A DNA stretch of 64,000 nucleotides, taken from the NCBI GenBank assembly GCA_964035545.1, contig OZ037771.1:11412480-11476479 (forward strand). The letters run 5' to 3'. Source of the DNA: Bugula neritina (taxonomy: Eukaryota > Animalia > Bryozoa). How positions within the stretch are numbered: the first letter of the stretch is position 1; every line of letters begins with the position of its first letter. The notes under the pieces are model-generated. The model did no database searches. It was not told the DNA's origin and was given only the letters and a program-made list of their open reading frames with translations. This document shows, in pieces, positions 40,035 to 50,600 of this stretch. The position numbers and the translations under genes are program-made.

Positions 40035-43000
40035 TATACGAGAAACATTGTTGATATATATATATTTGCTACTAAGTTACACTCAAGACTTCATGCTTTT
40101 TCTCCAGTCTCGAGTCGTTCATATTCACGGAAATTAGCCGTATTTACTATCTGGAAAAAATGTATACAGCCTAAATTACAAGTGAAAAAAAAAAATTTTT
40201 TTTTAATTGCTAGATAAACTGTGTGTAACTAATTGCTGCACTATTTTCTTTCCTAACTTAATATTTTGTCTCTAAAATAGAAAGTATAGCGATACTATTA
40301 AGGATGACAACTCCCAATCTCTAGAAATGGCTGAGTATTCCTGGTAAAATGTTTCAGTTATTTGCATGCAGCTGGATAATGGTTGATGTGATTGAATGTT
40401 GCAGTTGTTTAAATCAAAGAACTTTCTAAATTTATGGTCTTAGCTTTACCCTGTGTTGTACTCTGCCACTCTGACTGTTTTGCTGGTGTATTATAATCAT
40501 TCTTGTTTGAAAAAAGTGTAGCAACTTTAATAAAGTGCTGAATTTTTGTTATTACCAATCAATTTAGTGAGTTCTTTAACCCTGTTCTTTAGCCTATCAT
40601 ATTTGCTGTAACATATGACACTTGTATCTAATTGGTTGCTGCTCTGTTTTGAGTGCATTGCTTTAACTGGTTCATATAATATGCATATGTGTACAATTTA
40701 CTACCGTCATATCACTATATTTTCATGCCATCAGTGTTACGACATGTGCTATTCTTTTATTTTATTAATTTGAACCAATCAAATCATTTGTTTTAACCAG
40801 CCATGTTTCTTTTCAATGTTTAAATACATATATATTACTTTCATTGATTGCACCAGCTAGCTGATTCATTCACAGAAAATCGCACCAATGATGTTGTTTT
40901 CTCAAAAAATGTGTTTTATACTTTCTTTAAACATTTCATTTTCTACAAAACAAATCAAGTAATAATTATTTTAAATTGGACTAATCAGGTTTCTCACCAA
41001 TAGTTTGAGTAACTGAAGTTTAATTTCAAGTTTTTTTCATCTTGTCAGATTATTTCAAAGTAGAATCTTAATGTTTTTATTTGTAACTTTCATTTTGCAA
41101 TTTAAATAATTCAAATTGATTTTGATTTCATAATTTAGTGAGAAACATTGGAGCTGCTTAAGACAATCAAAGAATACAAGCAGCTAATTATTTCTTGTCT
41201 CAGAAACTCGTATACTGCTCCTACTTTCAGGTTTACAGCAATGAAGAATGAAGTGGCAAACTCTGCATGCATTGATTCTGATTTCCTTAAACTTCTTCTT
41301 GCAAAGGATGTTCCAATAAATTCTCTAAAAACTGGTGAGTCATTGCTATGAAAAGCATCAGTGATATCATATTCATGATAGTCTGAGTAGGAGTTGTGTT
41401 CTACCAGTGGGATTTTGCATCACTTATCTAAAATGTCACCATAATTATTGTGCAATACCTGTGCATACTAATGAATAAGTAACTTAATTAATTAAATTCA
41501 TTTTAAACTTAAGAAATATATGTTGTCTGTATTCAGTTTCCAGCAAAACCCCAATTTAAAGATTTAGAAAAATGTAATAAGAATTATCAATAAAACTTGT
41601 TTTACTTATTATTATCTCAATTTTTTGTTATGAATCTCATAATACAAGCTTATGAAAGTCTAACAAACATGGAAATACTCTATACCATGTTACATTCAAT
41701 AAAAACTTTCATATTTCTTTGTTATCTTTCAGGGCTGCTGATAAAGTTGGTGTGCTCTGTGTTTGAGTATGGCTACCCAGTAGAGAGGCACATTGCAGAC
41801 AGCGAAGGGGCGTTTAAACTCAACACCAACTTTAGATTTTCCAGTCCAGAATCAGCTAACCAATCAAAACGGCCACAGTCGGCCTCAGCGACATCTAGTG
41901 GTGAAATCAACCAATCAGCTGCCATCCCAGATATTGACCTCTCCAGTGAGCTGATCACCAAAACACCTAAGGTTCGGTAGTCATAGCAACAAGTCATTGT
42001 ATTGTGTTTGTCATTCAACCATTTTAAGCATTCTGACCCCAATTTTGGTACGTGCTTTTCACTTCAGCTCCTACTGGCTTATATATCTATAAAAATAGGT
42101 TTATGCATGCGTTGAAAATGATTGATTTTCTTTCATTTAAAAATAAATAATTGATTAGCTTAAAAAATAAATAATTACTAAGTTTGATTGATCTTGCATG
42201 TTTAGAAAGACATGGTCACAGCAACTATATATACTTTGTATGTAGAATGTTTCTGAACTACAGAAACCTTTCACTTTATAAGGCAAAAGTCTTGCCCACA
42301 ATATTATTCACATACCAACCCTAACTTCTCTGACAAAGGAACATTGCTAAATGTTTAATATTAATTTTTAAGTAAATTTGATGGTTGCTTTTAGCTTATA
42401 GGCATTCTCCTGCGTCAAGATGAGACAGATGTGCAGGCGTATTTGGTAAAAGTAATGAATTAAACTCCTTTGTATACTATTCTATCATTTGCTTGCTTGA
42501 CATTCAAAGAATTTTCTGTCTGAGTGGAAAGACAACTCTATAACCATACCTTGTGTTTCTGTTGCCCTCAAATACATTAAAGTATTGAAAATGCTAACAT
42601 TTTTGTGTGATTGACTTTATTCTCTTTTCTACATTATACTTTACATCATTTTCTACTCAATCATAAAATATTTAACGAAAATAGCGTATTTGTTTAAGTT
42701 GAGTATACCAAGCTTGCAGTGTACAACCAAACTAAGTACCAAAAGAAAATAGGTTTTTCTAACCATTCAGTTTTGAAACTATAAAAGAGCTTGCCAATAA
42801 ACGAAAGGGTTTATATTTTAGCCTCAAACAGATGTTATCAAGCAATCAGCATAGTAAAGGCATATATAAAACGCAATACAACCCATTGACAATGTAAAGT
42901 TAATATTAAAACATAAAATTATAATCAAGACTTTGTTTTTTTCATATCCAATAAATCCACTTCAAGGTCTGTGCGCTATAAATTGATTCTCTTGTGGTTT

Positions 43001-46000
43001 CATAAAATTTCTTGCAAATGGAAAATAGCCGATGTAATCATCCATTATTCACTATATCTCTCATCACAATGTCTACTATTACATATTAATATGTCCTTCA
43101 AACAGTCACTTACACGATCTACATATTATATCTTAAAACGTTTCTAATTCTGTGCAACACATAATAAAATTCTCTTTAGGTGCAAATATTTTTTTCATGC
43201 TTTTTTCTCATTTTACATGAATCAAAGCTCAACAAACCAACTTACAAACCTGTTTAAATTCATACAAGATTTTATGTTGAAGTTAAAATGAATGTTTTCA
43301 ATGTTAAAGAAATGCTGTGGAACTTAATCAGCTAACACTTGCATTTTGTATGACTTCTTTCAACATTTGGCTGTGGCTAGCTGAGTCTTGCAACCAAACT
43401 TTATACAAAATATTTTAGCTTCATCTGTCTTTATAACACTTTGTTCTGCTTGCATGGTTGTCTTTGAGTATTTATATACATTTTATGTGTACAGCATATA
43501 CTATGTGTTTATATGTATCTTAATTCTATTTCATTCATTTTACATAATCTTATGTTGGTTTTGCTGTTCATTATGTATATTTTTGCATTTATTGTTGGTT
43601 TCTCTGCTAATAATTTTAATGATTTGATTTTGAAAGTCATTTACTGCTACTGCTTTCTTCCCAGAAATGTGATGTCTTTACAGATGTTATATACTTTGTT
43701 GCAGACCTCCTTACTAAAGAGCTCTGAGAGCAGAAGAAGTTCAACTGATCAATCCGCTGACAGTAGTCAGCACGGTGATGTGCCGTGCATCCTGGTGCCT
43801 TGCATTAGAAGCACATCTAAGCCAGACTTTGTAGACAGGGTAGGCATCAGATGATATATAGTTAGCTTATATCTGCAGCATTCAATACAATGTGTCAAAC
43901 TGATCAGTTGCTACGCATGATAAAAGATAAATATATAGATAGAGCAATATCATCGGTAGAACCGAACTGGATCAACCAATGTTTGTTTGGATCACATGAC
44001 CAAATTTGTGCAGTTTAAAATTTGCTGTGTGATGACTAATGACCAATAAGAAGTCATTTGAAATTATAATGACTACATTATTATCAATTTTTCCACTTTT
44101 TTGTATCACCTTTTCATAAAAGACTTGCTATCGGATTAACGGAGATTAGATTGTTTGGTCTATTTACAGGAAATGAAGTCGTTCAGAAGTAGAGGATTCT
44201 ACCACCTGACGGGGATCTTTGTGTTTCCTGTCTACAGCCCACCAGGAATGTTTTCTCGAATGGCTGTTCGGTTCAAACAGCCTCTATTTGAGTTGGAGTA
44301 TTTAGGTCACTGGAATACCGGGATTTATGCAAAACATAAAAGCAACAAGATTGCCTACACCTTTCAGTAAGAGTTACCTTCACTTGATCATAAACATGTA
44401 TCATACAGTTATAGTATAACTAGTTAAGTTGAAAGGCTATAAAGCATGCTGTATTGTATAGTCAGTAAATTTTTTTACTTTCTTGAATAATAAGAGAAAA
44501 AGTTTTATAAATCTGAGCCAATTCTGATGTTAGGAAAAAAGACTTTTTATTTATTTAAAAACTATGTTATTCAGATTCTCTGAGGAGACAGTAAAAACTG
44601 AAAATGGTGAAAGAGAAACTAGAACTTGCTGGAGGTTTGAAGCTTGCAAAAGTGAAAAAATAGACTTCATAGCCGTACAGGAAATGTGGGCAGACTTCCT
44701 GCCTCTGCTTATGGATGCAGAAAAGCTAATTTCTCAATATAAAGGTATGCAAATGTGTATTTCTAATAACTATTTTAAGATATTTTTTCCAACTTAATAA
44801 AATGTTTAAAAGGACATTTGTTTGCAGCTATTCTTTGCGTATTCCTAGGTTTGAGAGTTGAGCGTTACATGGAGTGTCCACATTGCGGCCAGCCATCCTT
44901 TACAGGTGAGTGGACTGCACCTAAAGATCTTCAAGAGTCTTCCGATTTAAGCTGTAGCTCTTGTGAAAAGGAAGTAAAGAGAGAGCTGTTGATTCAACCA
45001 AAAGAGCGAAAAGCAGGTAAATTGAAATTTTATATATGACAGTAGTTTCTGGCATATTTGATGCTATTAACCTATTTGAAACTTGTAAAATGAACCACAC
45101 AATGATCTCTAGGCTGCTTTCTAAATTATGCTAAACAATTATTTCAATTGTTTTCACTATAGCAAGTTTAATAATATTTAGGTACAAGAACAGTTTGTCA
45201 GGATATTATCACTTTAGTTATATGGAATTAACAAATTAAATCACACTCTGTATTTTTAAATAAATTTTAATTAGCAAATGGGTAATAGAATTAGCATTGA
45301 AATGTAGCGGAGCAGCTTTGGAAGGTAATCATGGAGCTCAATCGGCGACGTAAGTTGCGGGCAGAGCGGCAGGCACCCAACTTTGCACAAAATCGGATGA
45401 AGAAAATACTCTCTGCCTTTGGCAACACAAAGATTAGCTGAAGTCTGGCAATAAGGGTAGCTGAGTGTGATAACTCCAGTTTGCTGCTCCGGCTGTGTTT
45501 GTTAACTTGTTTCAGGCCTCAACCTCTTTGCCTCAAGAAAGCAGCTGTTTGCAATAAGATCTGATTCACAGCAAGCGTCACCTCGTTGTAGCATATAACT
45601 CTCATATCTCCTCTCCGTCCTGACAGCCATATCCCTTCCTTGATATGCCTCTCTCACTGCTACTGCATCTTCATATCTACCATCAAATAATATTCCTCTC
45701 TCTTTTTACTCCAACATGCCCAAATTATTCAAATTTTTTTTATCTATCTGAACCACTCCCTCGTACACCCCCCCCCCCCCGGTTTGCGCAAACGCACTGA
45801 TCAAATAAGGCCTCTTATCAATGAAACAGGGCCATGCAGTGGTGCCTCTATAACTTCACACTCAGTGCTCAAGTGTTTGTGAAACTCACGTTTGGTTGTT
45901 AACAAAATGATGGCTTTATTGCTCAGCAAACATGTATCAACATCATCTTGACTTTTATTGTATAATTAAAACATGATAAAACGAGGCTGAGATCGATATC

Positions 46001-46287
46001 AATGTACTTTCGGCTGTGGTAAAAACTTGATATTTCCTAATGAATGTTATACATTTGCAGAGGATGTTGACAGAGTGTTTGCGGAAATTGCTAGAAGAAG
46101 GAGCCAACAACTCCCACCCATAACGCCTGCTAATCCCCACCCCAACAACACAACCCATAAGAGTCCTCGAACCTCTAACAATAAACGTCCTCGGAACACA
46201 AACTCTGTAAACAAAAATGCTGCCAGAGCCACATCCAGGTCAAGTAGAAGAGTCAGCACTACAACATTACCTAATCTGTCACGGTGA
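27026..46287 (+). CDS. MFHAS1: MFHAS1/MASL1-like Roco protein (LRR-Roc GTPase-COR, no kinase), ~1184 or ~1215 aa depending on last exon
   Basis: Exons 27026-27290, 30074-30250, 31423-31578, 32209-32415, 33200-33317, 33785-33956, 34319-34475, 34852-35007, 35167-35313, 35724-35914, 36670-36798, 38363-38525, 38861-39000, 39476-39705, 41231-41334, 41733-41971, 43705-43839, 44170-44366, 44575-44744, 44849-45016, then 45308-45441 or 46061-46287; all phase-consistent. LRRs ([44 protein letters not shown]). LRR cap [16 protein letters not shown]-loop [10 protein letters not shown]3 WDFSGD, G4 VGTHAD. COR motifs [42 protein letters not shown]-terminal CPHC...CSSC. Orthology to MFHAS1 is by recalled motif similarity. 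Confidence 0.9.
27760..28312. repeat. Minisatellite, 20-bp unit CACACTATATACATGTGTCA (~27 copies), Roco intron 1
   Basis: Direct inspection; source of the [14 protein letters not shown] ORFs. Confidence 0.97.
30296..30309 (+). promoter_or_regulatory. RFX X-box motif in Roco intron 2
   Basis: GTTTCTATGGTAAC fully matches GTHNYY-AT-RRNAAC; motif match only. Confidence 0.4.
31050..31120. repeat. (TA)n microsatellite
   Basis: Direct inspection. Confidence 0.98.
31119..31319. mobile_element. ~200-bp foldback MITE with ~69-bp terminal inverted repeats, abutting (TA)n
   Basis: ATTATAAATAGGTATACGAGAAACATTGTTATTTATTACTTTATTAGGTAAAGTAATTAC(A/C)CTGATATT is inverted at 31251-31319 with 1 mismatch. Confidence 0.8.
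31999..32208 (+). repeat. 21-bp minisatellite x10 whose last unit supplies the Roco exon-4 splice acceptor
   Basis: Unit (G/A)TACTATA(T/C)GATATATTACAG; exon starts at 32209. Confidence 0.95.
32810..33192. repeat. 22-bp minisatellite CATACTACTACACACCTATACA running up to the Roco exon-5 acceptor
   Basis: Direct inspection. Confidence 0.95.
36443..36570. repeat. (CA)n/(GCAC)n compound microsatellite
   Basis: Direct inspection. Confidence 0.97.
37884..38080 (-). mobile_element. tRNA-derived SINE copy
   Basis: rc of the SINE body: AAGTTTATAGTCGCCATCCCTGT...GGGCTAAGGACTTATTCATATGTGGCACAGGAGCAATT. Confidence 0.75.
39945..40031. repeat. (TA)n microsatellite followed by a 19-bp remnant of the 31.1 kb MITE end
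   Basis: GTATACGAGAAACATTGTT at about 40034-40052. Confidence 0.9.
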
Positions 46288-46949
46288 TGACTCACATACT
46301 AGGCTGTATTCAAAGTATAGAAGTATAACCAGCTGCCTAGCCATATCCACTAGATACAAGCTCAGTCAAGTCAGGGCTATAACCTTTCAGAAGTCAAGGA
46401 TATCTGAAGGACTGGATTTGGTAAACAAATTTAATTAACTGACCACTGAAGATTTTCATGACATTTTATACAATGCGGCGAGAAATCGAAGTTTAAAACT
46501 TTAGCAATGTTTTTTGACATATTTATGATGTAACAAATAAAATTTATTTTTATAAATTATTTTAGTCCTGCAACTTGTAGCTTATTATGAGATAATTTTT
46601 TTTGAAGATCTTTTCAACCTGTAGCCATAGATATAGTTTATAAAGAGAATATTTTCGTTACCATAGAAGGCCAATTTTATTACCTGACTTATTGTTTAAA
46701 TAAAGACTTAATATAAATATAACAATGGCATAAAGTTATTAGAGAAAATTTTGTAAAAAGAAAGAATTTGATCATCTGAAAATAAAACATTCTTAAATAC
46801 TATTTGTAAAAATATCCTATATTAGACTTGTAATACAAGTCATTGAATGAGTAATATAATACTTTGTATATTCAAATAGCAATGCATTGTAAGCAATGTT
46901 AATTATGTTATATCAGGAAAGATTGCTACAATGCAATGCTCAGGAATGC

Positions 46950-47520
46950 CTAGCACACAATACAATACCAAGCAATGTATAGTGCAATGACGCAATACTA
47001 AGTAATGTATATAGTACACAATAAAATACCAAGTAATGCATAGTATAATAGTGCAATACTAAGTAATGTATATAGTGCACAATACAATACCAAGCAATGT
47101 ATTGTGTGATGACGTGATACTAAGTAATGTATATAGTGCACAATACAATACCAAGTAATGTATTGTGTAATGACGCGATACTAAGTAATGTATATAGTGC
47201 ACAATACAATACCAAGTAATGCATAGTATAATAGTGCAATACTAAGTAATGTATATAGTGCACAATACAATACCAAGCAATGTATTGTGTGATGACGTGA
47301 TACTAAGTAATGTATATAGTGCACAATACAATACCAAGTAATGTATTGTGTAATGACGCGATACTAAGTAATGTATATAGTGCACAATGCAATACCAAGT
47401 AATGTGTAGTGCAATACTAAATAATGTAAATAGTGCACAAAGCAAGACCAAATAATTTCTAGTGTAATGATGGCAAATGCAATGCCAACTAATGTTTGAT
47501 GTGCAATGCGGTACTAAGTA
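46950..47520. repeat. Degenerate ~29-31 bp minisatellite between the convergent 3' ends of the Roco and TMEM26-like genes
   Basis: Alternating CTAAGTAATGTATATAGTGCACAATACAATAC and CAAG(C/T)AATGTATTGTGT(G/A)ATGACG(T/C)GATA units. Confidence 0.9.
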
Positions 47521-47649
47521 AGATCGTAAGTATACACTGCATTGTTCTCTGTACCAGTGTGTGATTCAACATGGAGTCCAGCTGTACGACACAATGTAGA
47601 CTGCAAGGTAAGGCTTCATATATATCCAGAATGTACTTTTAGTTGACAC

Positions 47650-50600
47650 TCAATCTTTGTCTTTATCTTTATTTTTCTTCTTTTTCTTGTGTTTCTCTTT
47701 TCTCTCCGCCCCTTCCTCCTCTTCATTTATCGGTTCAAGGTCGTTGGATTTTGATTTTTTCTTTTTCTGCTTCTTTTCTTCACTAAAAAGTGTTTATTTA
47801 TAGTGATATAATGAAGTACCTACTTTACACTTATAGTGAAAAAGGTGTAATGATTGGAATAACAGAAACATAACAACTTTCTGCTGATGAATCTGAACAA
47901 GCTAGGAAGATCATTTAAGCCAATGACATAAAGTGGTCAATAGGTCAATAGGTCAACAAATCAATAGGTCAATAGGTCAACAGTGAAAAGCTATGTGTAC
48001 CTCTTAGTTGGCTTCTCATCATCTCCTTCTTCCTGATCTTTCTCCTTATCTTTCTTCTTCTTTTTCTTCTTTTCTTTAATTGGTTCTTCATCCACAGTGT
48101 TTATGATGTCAGCGATATCATCATCAATCTAAGCATAAATAAAACATGTCTATTCACATGCGCTTAATTTCCTATACTGTTAGCAGTTCTTATTACCTAC
48201 AGGGCTAGCACCTACATTTGCATAGATCTCATGTCAATTGTTAAGTATTTTGCCAAAAGGCATGGCTGTCATTTGAGAATGTTAGACTATAAGTATAATT
48301 TTGAATGCACAAATTTTAACACATGTCAACAAAGTTGGTTTCACTATAGTAATGAGTTATGTAATATTGCCTGTTGGTATAGTTTGGTGTTACATTTTAA
48401 AATATTATATAATTTAAAGCAATTTGAAAATTAATTTCAACAAGCAAGTAACTTTTTGACACAGTTATATTTTAAAGGCATAAGTTTAGCTAATTAACAG
48501 TTGCTTATATTATAACCACAGTTAATAAAAAATGGATAATAACAATTATAAATGCTGCAAAATTTGCGAACCTGATCGTCAGATTTTTCTTCTGATTCGG
48601 ATTTGGATTTCTCAGGTTTAGAATTTTCTTCTGGTTTTTCGTCTTCCCAGGAATTATCTTCTCCTAATAAAAAACCAATCAGGTTTGCTAAAGACTGAAA
48701 ATCTATAGTTGGCAAAATTTATATCTACCAGTTCAAAAAGCATTTAACAACTTTGACAGGTAGTGACAAATAGTGACAGTTGGTGACAGGTGGTGGCAGG
48801 TAGTGGCAGGTAGTGACAGCTAGCGACAGGTAGTAGCAAGTAGTGACATGTAGAGACATGTAGTGACAGTTAGTGACAGGTAATGACAGGTAGTGGCAGG
48901 TAGTGACAGATAGTGACAGGTAGTGGCAAATAGTGACAGGTACTGGCATATAATGACAGGTAGTAGCAGGTAGTTGCAGCTAGTGGCAGCTAGTGACAGG
49001 TAGTAGCAGGCAGTGACAGCCAGTGGCAGGTAGTGGCAGGTAGTGACAGGTACTGGCATGCAGTGACAGGTAGTAGCAGGTAGTTGCAGGTAATGAAAGG
49101 TGACAACTAGTGATAGGTAGTGGCAGCTGAGTTAAAATTAACACGACCAGGTGACCTTGCATACAGTATAATCTTGTTATCTTTTCTAAGGAACCAAAAA
49201 GCAGCATTTAAATCTCACCTTTATCTTTTTTCTTTGACTTCTTTTCTGATTTAGCAGATTCAATTTCTCTAGGTGCTGGTTTGGGCATTGCATTGCTAAA
49301 GTTAATAGTTCCTTTCATCACTGTCTCACCTAATGGTATTTGTATGTGGCTTCTATTGCCAACCTTACTCATATCCAACATGGCGTCACACTCGTCTGCA
49401 TATCCTTCAGTAAAGTAGGCAGGGTCAGCTACAAACACAAAAAGAGAGAGTTTGCATATTGAATAGTAAACAGACAGACTAATTCTGACACCATTACTCT
49501 AGTTAATATACGTTGACATCTATAGCTGTTTGTGTGGCTTCAAATATGAATTTATACAGACTAAATTTATATGTATTCTATAACTACCAGAAAGAACTTT
49601 TCTGAGTTAAAGATCAACTTGCACTAGCAAGTAATGAAATATTTTTTTCTGTTTATTATTCACTTCAGTGCAGAGTCATGGATTTCATCTAAGTTTTTAG
49701 CTGGCACTTCCAATTTTTAGGTAGACATTTATGTCTGGGATACATATTACTGTTTTTCAACATTTGTTTTGACAAGTGACATTTAATACTGTCACCACCC
49801 AAAAACTGTAAGCCCACATCTCAGGTAGATCTAACTACTATAGTAATGAATGAACCCCCCCACACAACAAACCCCAAATCCCACCCCCCCCCACACATGC
49901 CAGCTTTCAACAAACAACTTAAACTAAGTTGAAAGAACAATCTATACTTTAGATGTTTATCTTTGGCCTAGTGGTTAAAACACTGGACTAGTTCTGGGGT
50001 TCAAGCTTTAGTAAGACCACTAGTCTTGTCAGGAAGAGCGTTCAATCCTGATTTTCCCCGGCACCAAAGCAAATAACTGTTAACCAACTTGAAAACTCTT
50101 ACCACAAAACTTTCTCACAGATATCGCCACTTTAAACAAGTGCAACTAACCTTTAGGATTCCATATACTGAGTTTCTCTTGCTCAATACTTGGCTCATCA
50201 GCGAGTCCAGCCTCAACGTCCCACTCACTGGATCCGAGAAACTGCGAGTTATTCTGAGCCTAAAGTAAGGTTGTAGCTAAGACAAATTGTCTCAAACAGA
50301 TATTAGTCCAGGAAAATTTATAATCTACCAAATAATTTTCACACCAAAGGTTTTGCTTATAATAATGAAAATTTCTACAGCCTTACACACACCTTTTGAC
50401 AGCCAGCTAAAAATATCTCTGATAAAAAAATTTGGCTTCTAAATAAACTGAATCAGTACCAGTGTTAGTAATTTAGCCTTTAAAACACAATTTACTAACT
50501 TTCTAACACTGTTTACACCTAACTAGTTTGTAACCTTCTAATCAGCTTTGGGAATTTTTCAATAGAATATTGTTACTTTTACCTTCAAACTTTTACGAGA

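Noticed and set aside
27026-46287. LRRK1/LRRK2 assignment
   Set aside because: No kinase or WD40 exons follow COR; the frame ends shortly after the Cys motif, and the motifs fit the MFHAS1-type architecture
46950-47520. Repeat/spacer-like alternation resembling a CRISPR array (also 12441-12657)
   Set aside because: The intervening segments are themselves repeated rather than unique spacers; there are no cas genes and the context is eukaryotic
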